Below, piece by piece: positions 23,157 to 36,900 of a DNA stretch of 64,000 nucleotides. The DNA comes from Podarcis filfolensis (taxonomy: Eukaryota): the NCBI GenBank assembly GCA_964270895.1, contig OZ185442.1, one strand, 5' to 3'. The translations under genes were made by a program, and so were the position numbers. Every line of letters starts with the position of its first letter. Positions within the stretch are counted from its first letter, which is position 1. The notes beneath the pieces are model-generated. The model saw nothing but the letters and a program-made list of their open reading frames with translations, made no database searches and had not been told where the DNA came from.

Positions 23157-23813
23157 CTCTGATATGAAGTAAACAAGCTGTGACTTGTTTGCTTGTCTGC
23201 GAGGTGAGTCATGGTCTGTTAAATAACATTAACCACAGTTTATGTGCAAACACAGCCAATATGTGATTCATTGCACACACATTATCAAAAGACAGCACTG
23301 GCAAAAAGCTGCTTTCTCTTCTTCCGCTGCTCAGTAATAAGCTTCCAGTGTCCTTTACAAAGCTTTAGGCAGGGAAAAATTATTTGAGAGGTGCTTTATC
23401 AGATTGTAGGGACGTGGGTGGCGCTGTGGGTTAAACCACAGAGCCTAGGCCTTGCCGATCAGAAGGTTGGCGGTTCGAATTCCCGCAACGGGGTGAGCTG
23501 CCGTTGTTCGGTCCCTGCTCCTGCCAACCTAGCAGTTTGAAAGCACGTCAAAGTGCAAGTAGATAAATAGGCACTGCTCTGGCAGGAAGGTAAACGGCGT
23601 TTCTGTGCGCTGCTCTGGTTCGCCAGAAGGGGCTTAGTCATGCTGGCCACATGACCCAGAAGCTGTACGCCGGCTCCCTCGGCCAATAAAGCAAAATGAG
23701 CGCTGCAACCCCAGAGTCGGCCACGACTGGACCTAATGGTCAGGGGTCCCTTTACCTTTACCTTATCTGATTAGTTTTGAATTGTTTATCCCTCTTATGG
23801 TTCCACAGTATAA
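23157..23813 (+). pseudogene. Decayed duplicate of the CTSA-like last intron and start of the last exon (split by a SINE)
   Basis: Colinear similarity to 10940-11218, ending in an exact 17-mer ATGGTTCCACAGTATAA (11202-11218 = 23797-23813). Confidence 0.75.
23409..23765 (+). mobile_element. Sauria SINE, full length
   Basis: tRNA-like head GGGACGTGGGTGGCGCTGTGG...GGTTCGAATTCCC; (ACCTTT)n tail; TSD-like TTATC(A/T)GATT at 23396-23405 and 23763-23772. Confidence 0.9.
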
Positions 23814-23899
23814 TAGGAGTTGTGATTCAACAACATCAGGAAGGCCAGAGGTTCCTAATCCAGATCCATTTCTGTTAGGCTTCTAACCTGGTTTGGAGC

Positions 23900-25620
23900 C
23901 AAAAATTACCCTGGTCTTCCTGTAGGTTGATCTTTGCTGGCAGATGGGAAATGGAACCTTGTTTGATTCTCCTGGACCTCTCAGTAGTGTTCAGTGCCAT
24001 TAATAATGATGTCCTTTCAGTTCAGCTGTCTGGTTTAAGTTTGAGAGGTACTGCTTGATGCTTGTTCTGCAGAGTTCTATTCATTTGCCCACACTGTTTA
24101 ACATCTTGATGAAACCATTGAGAAAGAGCATCTGAAGATTTGGTTGAAGGTGTCACCGGAATGAAGATGATACTCAGCTTTATATTTATTGCTCACCACA
24201 TGCAAGTGAGGCTGTGCACGCTGCTTGGGCATGGCAATGAACTGGATGAACTCTGAAAAACAGAGGTTCAGGGTGGAATTGAACATCACACTATGATGAA
24301 TGTCCCTATTAGTACAAGCAAATGCAGCTTGCCAGATGGAATGATCCTCCCTCTTCTTCCTGTGCACTGTTTTGGGGATTCTTCTGACCTCCCTTTGCAG
24401 CCAATTTTGGGGGTAGGAGGAGGAGGAGAGCAAGGAAAGCCCTGTTGTGCAAGTGGAAGCCCTCTTGCCCATAGTCACAGAAGATTAGAGGTATTGATTG
24501 GTTCAGGGTGGTCCATTGCATGACATATGGCCTTGAGGCTTTTTTTGGCAGCCTCTGCAACATTTGACACAGACCCACCCCATTTCTCACACTGCCTTCC
24601 CAAAGCTGGTTAAGTGAGGAGCTGGACTTTGGGAAGGAAGACTGAGGACTGTAACCATGTCTTAAGAGTTCTCCCGCCTCCTTCCCAAAGCTGGGAAAGA
24701 GCTAACAAGGCTTTGGGAAGGAGGTGGCAGAACTGTTGGACCCTTATAGAGATTCATGCCTCCTTTCCAAAGCCTGGCACCTCACTTAGGCAGCTTTACG
24801 AAGGCAGAGTGGGGGGCAGCATCAAATTTTGGCCATGCTCCCTTGTGTGCAACAGGGCAGTGTGCAGCCCATGGGCTCTGTGTCAAATTAGTATTGCGGC
24901 CCACTTGGTATGAAAAGTTGAGCTGCCCTGTTTGCTTGGTTTATCTATCCAGGTGAATAGTATTCAGCCGGTTCTAGATGGTGTTCTACTCTCCCTAAAG
25001 GATCAGGTGTACAACTGGGGGTGCTTATTGATCCAGCACTGGAGGCTCAAATGATCTTACGACTCAAATTACCTATTCTCAGCTTTGGTGGATACACCAG
25101 CTTTGACCTTGCCTGAGTGGTGATACCTTGGCCACAATTGCCCATCCTCTGTTGACTTCCCGTTTAGACTGTTGCACTGCATTGTATGTGGGACTGCCTA
25201 TAAAAATGGTCCAATAACTGGTTGGTTCAGAACAGGAGTGCAAAGGTTTTAACTAAGACTGTGCAGTTTGATCATATTATGCCTGTGGTTTGTTCAGCTG
25301 CGCTGGTTCTCCATATGTTTCCGGGGCTAATTTAAAAGTGCTGGTTTATAAATGGCAAGCTGTGTACCTACCTGAACCTTAAGATCTTTTGGAGGCCCTG
25401 CTCCTGGTGCCCCCACCAAAATAAGTAAGGGCGGTAATCTTTCAGTTGTGATATCCTGATTATGAGACAGCCATCTCTGGGAGGCTTGTATTATCCCATT
25501 CATGTGGTCTTTTGGCCACCAGGTAAAATCTTTTGTTTCACTCAGGCCTTCTGAAAGAGTGGTGTGGTTTGGGCCTCTCTATTTTTAAAATATTGTTTTA
25601 ATTTTGGGGTTGCTATTCAG
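23900..25620 (+). mobile_element. Degenerate L2 LINE RT region with an internal insertion (about 24330-24950)
   Basis: Remnants of LLDLSAAF-, SRLDYCNAL- and LHWLP-type RT motifs with stops and frameshifts. Confidence 0.65.
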
Positions 25621-26299
25621 TTGCCTTCTTGTTATATTTATGCTGCTTTTGGTCGTAGTACTTACTTTGTATTAAAATAGCTTTTATATTCAATATAAGT
25701 AACCCAGATAAATGACAAATCTTCGATTCTGGACTCAACAGGAATTACCTCAATTATATGCATACTGTGCAATATATTTAGGTTGCTTTTTTATTTTCTT
25801 TTGCTTAGTGCTAACATGCTCTACTTTAAAAGCAAGCAGATTTTCTGTTTATTAAAGAGTAATTTAAATTATATCCCTTTTCATTTTTACAAAGTGGTTC
25901 TCAGCCCTATTTTTCTGGGTCATTGGCCCATTTGAACCCCTGAAAGACTGCTAGGGTCACTTGCTGCTGTACTTGCTTCCCCCTTCAGTCTGGCTTGTCA
26001 TGTTGCCTGACAAACCACGAGCATTAAACAAAGTTCATTTTTGGCTTGCCACTTTAGTTTTTTTGGGGGGAAACCAACTAAGAGCCCAGGTTCAGGTGAC
26101 ATCAGAAGTCAGACACTGTGGCATTTGAGCAGTGTTTACCACCACACTGTTCAGTCATGTTAAACCAAAACTTGTTTAAACTGTAGTTTAATGTGACCTG
26201 GACACTCTGTGACTTTCCCTTATTTTCTCCTTTTTGCTACTAGCATGGACCCTGCCAGAAAGCTGTGTGGCTCCTGTTCCTTAAGAGTGCAGCTGAAAG

Positions 26300-26451
26300 T
26301 GGTAGAAACACTCAGTTAGAACATGGTGCTGATAAACACCAAGGTTGAAGGTCAATCCCCATAAGAAACAGCTGCATATTCCTGTGTTGCAGGGGGTTGG
26401 ACTAGATGATCCTCAGGGTCCCTTCCAATTCTACAGTTCTGTGATTCTATG
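26300..26451 (+). mobile_element. tRNA-derived SINE with a CR1-like tail
   Basis: CTCAGTTAGAACATGG head; GGGGGTTGGACTAGATGA...GTCCCTTCCAA...GATTCTATG tail. Confidence 0.7.
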
Positions 26452-26506
26452 TAGTTACAAATGCTATGGTACCTCGCTTCAGCTCTTTTGTTTTTCTTGC
26501 AACTAG

Positions 26507-26614
26507 ATTGTGAATCGGCACGGCCCTGAGGCAGACAGGCATTTACTACGCTGTCTATTCTCGCATGTGGATTTCAGTGGCGATGGTAAAAGTAGCGGTA
26601 AAGATTTCCATCAG
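26507..26614 (+). CDS. CNOT1: CNOT1 exon 3
   Basis: [36 protein letters not shown]. Confidence 0.96.
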
Positions 26615-29600
26615 GTAAATTTTGTCCTTAAAGAATTTCCAATTAGTTTCTTGATTTTTAATTTTTACATTTTTTTATTCTACAATGCTTCCATCTTGTA
26701 GTGACTTACAAAATTCATTGTGAAAATACATACAGTAAAAGCAGCATTGAAACTATTACTAAAACATCATACATATGGATACATTTAAAACAGGCAGCAG
26801 ATTTACAACAGAACACTACTTTTAAATGTCCTATAGCTCATTGATAGAGCACAAACCTTTCATATAAAATGCTCCAGAGGCATCTCCAGGCAGGTATGCC
26901 ATGCCCTCCTGCCTGAAACCCTACAAAGGTGCCTGCCAGTCAGTCTATAAAAATGAGTTAGATGCACCAGTGGCTTGACTCTGTATAAGACAGGTTCCTG
27001 TGTTCCTAAGTTTTAAAAAATAGCTTGATTTTCTGTCCAGCAGTTAGTTCAAAAACTTCCTAAAACATTGTTTTTGTTACCCTGTAGAAATCTGGAAGGG
27101 AGTCAGGTAAGCACATCTTTCTGGGAGAGTTTAAAAGAGGCTCTACTCCAGAGAAGACCTGTGCTTTTTTTCAGATTGGCTTAGCCCACTTATGAGTACA
27201 AAAGTTGCATAGAAGTGCCATATCTGAATGCCAAGTCTGTGTATGTGTTGTATTTGAACTGTTTCATATATGTGTTAATTGTTGGTATTATTAATTGCTT
27301 CAGGAGGCTTCATAGGAAGCTATTCATAAATGGAAATAACTGTATCCCTGAGTACTTCTGAAGTGGCTTGTAAATGTAAATAATCCCAACACATTTTAGA
27401 TTTGTGAACTTCAGGAAATGTTAAAATAGAAGAGTTGAGCTACTTTTGAATACTGCTGTTCCTAAGGTCTTGTGTGATGGAACTTCATTTTTCTCAAGCT
27501 TTGAATGACTTAGTAACTGAGTTCAGTAACTTGAATTTTAGTCACAAGTTTAGTCACAAGTCAAGTCAAGTCACTTGTTTGGCTTGTCTCTGTAAAATAT
27601 TTCTTAATATTAGCTTCTATTTTGTTACTATGGATACAGTATTCAGATGATGTTTGTTGTGCTGGGCATAATCAGTAATGACGAAGAATTGTGAATTGCA
27701 TTCACCTTCTTGAAAGACTAACCAAAATAGTTTAATCTGACATCTCATCTTTATGATATCAAAATATTTGTCAAACGTATCCTATAGTAAGAAGACGGTT
27801 TGAAGTACTTTAATGGGTGTATATATTATGTTTACAGAAACAAAATCCTGGTAATATCTGGTAACTAGATCATAGGTGCCTCCCCCAAAACAACCAAAAC
27901 TTTTGCTACAGCTGTCTCCTTTCTTTTCAGACGCAGTTTCTGATCCAGGAGTGTGCATCATTGATTACAAAGCCAAATTTTATTTCGACGCTGTCCTATG
28001 CTATTGAAAATCCATTGCATTATCAAAAGGTTTGTATGCAGTTTTAAAGTGCCCTTAACAAGAATGTTAAAGAAAAACCTATTCAGGTGTCAGTGAGCTA
28101 ATTTTACAAAATGTACACCTATGTTCATTATTACAAAGGAGTTTTTAAGATTTACATCATGTAAATTCTGTACTCGTAAAATATCCAGGTAATTGCCTTA
28201 TTTTACATTTCTTTGCTCTGCAACACCCACTCCTCATTGGGGCTTCTGTAGCAATTTACAGAACTTTGTATGCTGGAATTGGAGAATACTGGTAGTTTGG
28301 CAACAAATGATACTATCTTCAGAGAAGTTGGAAAGTACCACTAATGAGCAGAAGTTGATTTTATTTTTTTCTGTAGAGGAACTTATGACACAGAGAATCT
28401 TTTTCTTGGTACAGTATTCTGTTAAACTGTAAACATAAGCATCTCATATATAAAACTTTTTTCTTTCAGAGTCTTAAGCCGTCACCCCATCTATTCACTC
28501 AGCTGAGCAAAGTTATCAAATTAAGCAAGGTTCAAGAGGTGGGTTAAGTCCATAGATTTATCTTCCATGAAGTAGTCTGATCCCCTTTTAGTCTGACCAT
28601 TAAAAATGTTGGCCATCGTTGCATGCTTTTTATGTGAAGAAATGCCTCCTTTTGTCCAACCTGAATATCCCAACATTCAGCTTCATTGTCTGAGCCTGAG
28701 TTCTGGTATTATGAATGAGGAATGAATATTTGTCCAGTGACTTTTTCAACAGCATGCATAATTTTATAGACCTCTATCATGTCATTACCACCACCTCACC
28801 CCCCAACTAGCCCCAGTCATTGAAACTCTTTCTCACTAGGCAGTTCCTTCAGTTGCTCATGCTAATTGCCCTTTTCTGTACCATTTGTAGCTCTACAATA
28901 TGCTTTTTAAGGTGTGGTGAACAAAATTCTACACGCTACTCTGAACACAGGCAAATCATAGATTTGTGTAAAGGCACCATGACAGTGATAGTTTTAATTA
29001 TTATTTCCTTTCTAATTGTACGCATGAAATCTGCTGTTTTCATTTTTTTGTAAATAATTTTTTATTAGTTTTATAATTTGTAACTTCAACAATTATTCTT
29101 CATTAAAAAAACAAGCAGAAACAATAACAACAGAATATAAACAAAAGCATAAAACATAAACACTTTTATCATCATATAATCTGCTGTTTTCAGAACAGCT
29201 GCACTCTACACCAGTATTTTCATGAAACTGTCCATCACAACTCCCAAGATCTTTTTCCTAGTCACTCTCTCAGTTTGGATCTCATCAGTGGTTTTTTTTT
29301 AGGCTTTTGTTCATCGCTTTTCACTTGTTTTATGCTGAACTGCATTTGCGTTTAAAATGTCCAGTCACCCAGTTTGGAGAAGATCTTGTGGAGCACCATT
29401 TTGTTTCAATGCCCCAAATAATTTGATGTTGGCTATGAACTTGGCTACCTAAATATAGATCATTTATAAACAAATTAAAAGCACTGGCCCCAATAGGAAT
29501 CCTATGGAGGGACTGACATCCTGACAGAATCTGAGGAAGGTTAACAGCTGGTAGTGCTCTTAGAAATGTTCCAACCACATTAAATAAGGTGTGGCATTAG

Positions 29601-30908
29601 TCACAATGATTTCCTGTCCATCTTGCTTTAGAGTAGCAGCACTGACATCAACGTCACCCTCCAAATCCTAATCCACCTCATGGGCATCCTTGGTGGGGGT
29701 ATTTTTAACTCTCAGTGGGATGAGGAAAGTTGTGGGGAGGACAGTAAAATTCAGCCCTGGTGTTTCTCTTTGCCAGTCTAGTTGCCAGACAGCTGGACTA
29801 TGTATGTGATAGGTGCTAATGCAGTTCTTTCTTCTATTTGTAGGTTATTTTTGGCCTTGCTTTGCTAAACTCCTTCAATCCAGATCTACGAGGCTTTGGT
29901 AAGATAAATTTGTATAGTATTATAGACACACATACCAGATTTTACTTCAGTTTTAGTATAATCTGATTCCTGAGTTGTCTATAAGAGACTTTAGTTTTCA
30001 TCCTTCTCCTGGATTTAGTTGCTTAAGTTGTAGAATCCAAGGGCCAGAAGGGACCACAGTGCAAGGTCCAGTTAACTCATTCAAGGATCATCCTTGTAGT
30101 TGCCTCCGCTGATGTTTGGAGGGAGGGGAAACACCCAAGATCTTGAAAATCTTGCCTGATCTTTGTGGCTAATAGAATGTTCTGAAGACATAAGATACAG
30201 CTCTCCTTGAGCCCTTCCAGAAAGGGAAGACAACATGGGAACCATATGTAAGCTGCTCTGAGCTCACAATATAAATCTAATACAACACACCCACCCAAAA
30301 AATCTTAAGAGGTAATTAAGAAATATGAAATCTGCTTCCTTATGTCAGTTCTATTGACCTGGACTCTGAAAGTAGTTGATCTGCGGGTCACTGATCCAAA
30401 ATATTCCCTTCTTTCTTAATTAAATGAGGTAACTACAGGCAACAATTTTTCCATTAATCTGAGTTTCCTAGAACCACTTGTTAGTCCTGTTTAAAGTATA
30501 TTTGGAAGTAAAAATTCTTAGGGTGTAATAGAAGCTGTATCTGGATCACCATTAGAATTTGAGTAGAGTCATGATAGGGCAGACAGGTTTTAGGTGCAAC
30601 CTAAGCAGGAAAAAGTGAAATTGGTGAAAAAGCCAAGCATGTATGCCTGGAGAAGTACCAGCTTCCACTTCTCCTTTCTTGTGCTTGTACCAAACAGTGT
30701 AAGGAAATGCAAGGTGGCATCAAGTGAGGTTGCATTCCAAGGCAGGGTGGTGCTGAGTTATTCTGACTGGTTGTTCTAGTATGCAACTGTCTATATACTG
30801 TCACACTTATTGTGTGACGATCAGAGCAGTTGGCAAGTGCTGTTGATAAACCAGAAGAGCAGATGCATAAACTTTTTTAAAAAGCAATTTAGTTAACTGC
30901 TTTTGGTT

Positions 30909-30955
<47 letters not shown>

Positions 30956-33900
30956 TTAAAAGCTGCTCAGTTTATTAAACAGAAACTTCCTGATCTTCTG
31001 CGTTCATACATTGACGCAGACGTCAGTGGAAATCAAGAAGGTGGCTTCCAAGATATTGCAATAGAGGTCTTGCACCTCCTCCTATCCCATCTTCTTTTTG
31101 GACAGAAGGGAGCCTTTGGGGTTGGACAGGAACAGATTGACGCTTTTCTCAAAACATTACGTAGAGGCAAGTATTGTATTTGATACATCTATTTGAAACC
31201 CATTTCTAAAAGGAATAAATTTTTGTGGGGGGTAAACATTTGGTGGTAATCCAGAAAAGAAACGAGGATCCTGAAACGATTATCTTAATGCAGATCCTTA
31301 TAGGATTGTCTGCACATTATGTCTTTCAGATACTATAACTGGTAGAGGTTTGGCTATCACAACTTTAGATGGGTATTATTGTTGGCACTCCATTTAGAAA
31401 TGGGATGGGGCTTGGATATAAATTGATGCTTTCCACCCCTCTGAAATTTTGGCCTGGGCTTCTCTGGCCCTACTATCTTAGCCTTCCCCTTCCCTTTCCT
31501 GTTTAAACTTGTGGCAGTTTCAAGGTGCTTTAGAATGTTGCTGTGACAGTCCAGAGGATGTAATGGAGGCAGTAATGTGAGGCCCAGTTTGCACAACATA
31601 GTAAACCATAGTTTACTGTGCACACACCTTAATGGGCAATAATTGACTTGTTGAGAGCAAAGTGAACCATAATTGCTGGTTTGGTCATAATATTAAGCCC
31701 TGGGATAATTGTTTGCTTCCTCCCAGAGTGTGTGGGAAGGAGCAGAGGAGCCAAGCGAGACATGTTCATTGGTAAAGCATTAAGTATGGCTCGCCATGGT
31801 ATGCAACTAAGGTCATATTATCTAAATAGCTGTACTGTCACAGTAGGACGGTAAATAGGTCAAAAGTTGGGGTATAAAATAAATTGCTTTCTGTGTCTCT
31901 AAATTCCAAGACAGTGATCTTAAACACCTTTTTATTCAAAACTTCTTTGGTCATAACATGATTTTCACAATATGAAACAAATTATTATTGGGGTTCTTTG
32001 TTGGTCATTGGTCCTTCTGAAATGCTAAAATACTCTGGGATCTCAGATTTTCCCCAGGAACGTTGCCCTGTGGTGCTTGCACCACTCCTATACCCTGAAA
32101 AACGGGACATTCTAATGGACAGGATCCTGCCTGATTCTGGAGGGATAGCAAAAACAATGATGGAGAGCTCTCTTGCAGACTTCATGCAGGAAGTTGGCTA
32201 TGGCTTTTGTACAAGGTACGTAGATAAATTCACTGAAATTTGGAGTTGATGTCCTGACTCTTAAGTCATACTTTGAATAGCCCCATTGAAATGAAAGGAC
32301 AAGTTATGTCAGTTGAGAAGGCTGTTGGAGGTTGCAGGACACCTATACAGCTGCAAGTAAAACTTTTAGTGTGTTTTAAGTGCAATATATAATGTCACAC
32401 TAGGCGGTGATGGTGAGCCTTATGGAAAATTCAATGTATTTTTAAAAACGCTTTTTAAAAAAGTATTTTCAGAATGGTTTTTATATGCACATAGATTCCA
32501 CCCTAGTCTAGCTTAATGTACTGACTTGAGTATTGGTAATACTCCTTAAAATAGACATACTTGATAGAAAACAATTATATACTAAGTTTTGTGGAGGTCA
32601 TTGTGACTTGCCTTTTTAGTGTGGAGGAATGTCGCAACATCATCACACAGTTTGGTGTGGGAGAGGTCACTGCTGCCCAGGTTGCCAGGGTTTTGGGAAT
32701 GATGGCTCGAACACACTCAGGACTGGCAGACGGCATTCCTTTGCAGGTGAGTGTCCTCTGTGTTGAGAGGTGTTTTAACTGAATATAACTTAAACAGAAC
32801 TACTGAATGGTGTTTACACAGAAGATTTTGGAGCCGCTTAATTCCTATGATACTGAGCAACAAGCATGACTGAAAGGTTAAAAGACTTCCAGCACTTCAG
32901 CATTTTATGCCAAATGCTGTTTAACAGCTCTGTGTAACCTGTTGATGGGGGGGTGGGATTATAAGGGGACTTGGAAGTGCTGTGTCATAATATCCAACTC
33001 TGTTTCTCTGTACCATCTTAATTCAGTGTGGCTGTGCAAATGAACTGGTACCTGGGTGCAGTGAAGGGCTAGAGGGTGGCCAATAAACTGAGCTTGAAAG
33101 ATGGAGGTTCTCCGGGTGGGCAGGAAATAGGTTAGTAGGGTGGGGCTCCACTAAATCCATTGTTACTCAAGGCTCAAGTGGTTTCAGTGGATAGGAGTGC
33201 CTTCTGCCAGCTTCTTTTGATATGACAGTTGTGGTCGTTCCTGGATCATGATAGATTGGCTGTGATAGTTCATATACCACCCAATTGGATTGCTGCAGTG
33301 TGCCCTGCTTGTGGCTTTTCTTAAGGCATGTCTGGAAGTTGCAGCTGGTGCAGAATGCTGTAACAAGGTTGCAGGAGGGAGAATAATTTTGACAACACCC
33401 TTGCTGAAAGGACTGCACTGGCTTCTGGTATGCTACTGAGCCAAGTTTAAGGGATTGTGGAAAAACTTGGGTCAGATTATCTAAGTCTCCCTTAACATGT
33501 GCCCCTGCCTGGTTGCTCCGTTCCTCAGGAGAGACAATCATAATAGTACTCCATGCTCCTGCTTTTTGTCCAGTGTTCACAAAAAAGGGGTTTTGTTTTT
33601 AATTCTGTTTATTACTGTTTGCTCATAAAGCCTTTCCCTCTATTTTATTGTTAAGGGACATGCTGACAGTGCATTATAGAAGACAGTTTAAGTATTGCTA
33701 TAATCTGCAGTAATAAATGTGTTGCAATCGTAAAATTCAAACTCCACTCTGTCACTTGATCTTATTTCTTGATCTACTAAATCCATCTACACAACCGACG
33801 TCACAGGAATTCTAAACCTACATGCTTAATTTACAGTCCATCTCTGCTCCTGGAAGTGGAATTTGGAGTGATGGAAGAGATAAAAATGATGGAACACAGT

Positions 33901-36900
33901 CCCATACCTGGAATGTGGAGGTTCTGATTGACGTGCTTAAAGAGCTGGTATGTTGATCACAATCTGACCTTTTGAGGAAAAACTGATTGCCAGAAACTTA
34001 AGGGCTGTTTCATGTATGATAGATTTCCTGTAAGGATGTCACTTCTGTGAAAGAAACTGCATATGTTTGGTTATGTTTGAGCATGTGTATATTTTGCCAT
34101 GTGTGTATAGCTGGAAATGCTGAATGGTGGGTTCTGCTGCATTTGGTTGTAAAACATGTAGGTTAAACTTAGAAAAACTGATCAACAGTATTAACAGGCA
34201 AGCTCTGTATACTGTATGTGTGGCTATTGAAGAAGACAAGCAAACATGATTTTAACCAGAGATGATTATAACCAGAGAGAGGTTCATTTGGTACTAGATT
34301 GTCATCACTGTAACTAGGTCCCTGATGAACTGGCAAGTCACTATTTTCTCAAAGGTCAACTGAGAATGACATAGCATGTGTATTCTGAACAGCTATTCCT
34401 ATGCATGATTAGCATTAGTGCAGTGTCCCCTTGTTTGGCTCCATGCTTACATTGCAAATGATGTAAGATTTATTCTGCTTTGATCAGGACTTTGCAAGTG
34501 GTGCTGATTAGAGATATGGTATCATTAAAGCACACCTTTATTTGTTCTTTACTGGTGACAAATCCTTAGCAAGTATTTAGTAGTGTTTTAGTTCATTTAA
34601 GGGACACTTATCCTCTGTTGTATTTAGTGTTTTTAAAATATATTTTCTATGTAGTACCCTGTTTTTAAAATGCTGTAAACTGCTCTGAGTGGTGCATAGG
34701 GACTAGAAAGATTGATAGACATTTCTGTGTGGGGGAAAATATAAACACCTCATTCTGCATAATGCGTACAAGGACTCTTGAATGCTTGTGGGACCAATTT
34801 TTACATGATTACTAATTTTTTTAATGACTGACTTAAAATATATAATGACTATTCATCATTTTGACAACTCACATGAACCATATTAAAGAAAAAATTAACT
34901 GCAAAGTTATATTCACAGACTTACTATGGGGAATGTGCTAGAGTTCATGTTTTGCATGTTGGAAGCCTGAGATTCAATCACTGGCAACTTTGCTTTAAAA
35001 ATGGGTAAAGGGAATCAGGAAAACCCCATTTCCCCTCTGTGGTTGAGCTGTTGTCAAAAGTAGCAGTCAATATATGAGCTAGAGCTAGATGAGCTAATGG
35101 CCTGCTTCATATCTTACGAATTGTTTCTAAGTTGTATAAGGAGAAATGTGAAAGCGTGCTCTTTATTTTTGCCTCCATAAGTTGCACCACTATTTGTTTT
35201 ACTCTTTGCAGAACCCAAATTTGAACTTCAAGGAAGTAACCTATGAACTTGACCACCCTGGATTTCAAATTCGTGATAGCAAAGGCTTACAGATTGTGGT
35301 GTATGGTGTCCAGAGAGGGCTAGGGCTAGACGTCTTCCCAGTTGATCTCATATACAGACCTTGGAAACATGCAGAAGGACAGGTAAAAATCAAAGAGAAG
35401 TTTTTTTTTCATGCTTTCTTTCTCACTCACTACCGCCACATTGGTTAAAAAGGTAGAGGGACCCCTGACCATTAGGTCCAGTCGCGGACGACTCTGGGGT
35501 TGCGGTGCTCATCTCGCTTTGCTGGCCAAGGGAGCTGGTGTACAGCTTCCGGGTCATGTAGCCAGCATGACTAAGCCGCTTCTGGCGTAGCAGAGCAGCA
35601 CACAGAAACACCGTTTACCTTCCCGCCAGAGTGTTACCTATTTATTTACTTGGACTTCGTGCTTTCAAACTGCTAGGTTGGCAGGAGCAGGGACCGAGCA
35701 ATGGGAGCTCATAATTACCATAGAACTTTTAAAAAATGTTCTTTCAGTTTTTTGTTGAATTTTGGCTTTGGGGCTCACTAAGACAGTTGCTATCAAGATG
35801 TGATACATCCTTTAATACACTGCAATTACTGTAACAGGTAGCGATCAGACTATAGAAGACTGAATCTTAGAACTTTCAGAAAGTTATTTGGAAAAGCAAT
35901 CATAATAGCAGAAGTGTGAGAGGGAGGGGTGGTGATTGCTTAGGAGGAAGTGCATCAAGACAGTGTAACATGAATGTAGATATGAAATGACTCTTACAGT
36001 GATGTAATTTTGTTGCAGCTCTCATTCATCCAGCATTCCCTCATTAATCCAGAGATCTTCTGTTTTGCTGACTACCCCTGTCATACTGTTGCCACGGATA
36101 TTTTGAAAGCCCCTCCCGAGGATGACAATCGAGAAATTGCCACATGGTAAACAGTATTATTTTTCTTGGGAATACAGCTGCTTCAGCATTCTGAAATGAT
36201 GAGCCAGAGTATTCATGGTTGATATCCCTTTCTTGCTTTTCTGACAGCCTTTTGGTAAGAAGGTTTTGAGTCACTAAGTGCTTCAAACTTGAGAGGGTGT
36301 GTGTGCAACAGGGATGGCCCATTAGTTCAGCAGAGGGGTCTCCCCCAGACACTGGCTGCATTTGCTAGTCTGTAAATAGTTGCATAGATAATGAGAGCAA
36401 CATGTTAAATTAACCATGTGTATTAAGCTGCTATGAACTAAACCCTGATTATATTTTTGCTGTGGTCTGGTTTGTGAAGGTTGGATCTTGATTTCTAGGC
36501 AGGCCTTTGGACTGTTCTGACCACTCTGCATGCTACTTGATGGAAGTTGACTTTGATATCTATTTCCCCAAGTTTGGTTATTTCAAATATTGTCGAGCGT
36601 AACAGAATTTAGAATTACGTCATTTGATACCCATGTTAGCTTGGTGTAACAGACATCAAGCCAGAATCCTGTCAACTGATTCACAATATTGCATTTCCCC
36701 CCCTTATTTGTTAGGAAGAGCCTGGACTTGATTGAGTCCCTGTTGCGGTTGGCAGAGGTTGGCCAGTATGAGCAAGTTAAGCAGCTCTTCAGCTTCCCTA
36801 TCAAGCACTGTCCAGATATGTTGGTATTGGCATTACTACAGATCAACACTTCCTGGCATACTTTGCGGCATGAACTCATCTCCACACTTATGCCCATTTT

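Noticed and set aside
23409-23490. tRNA-like A and B boxes
   Set aside because: This is the head of a Sauria SINE, not a tRNA gene; there is no complete cloverleaf.
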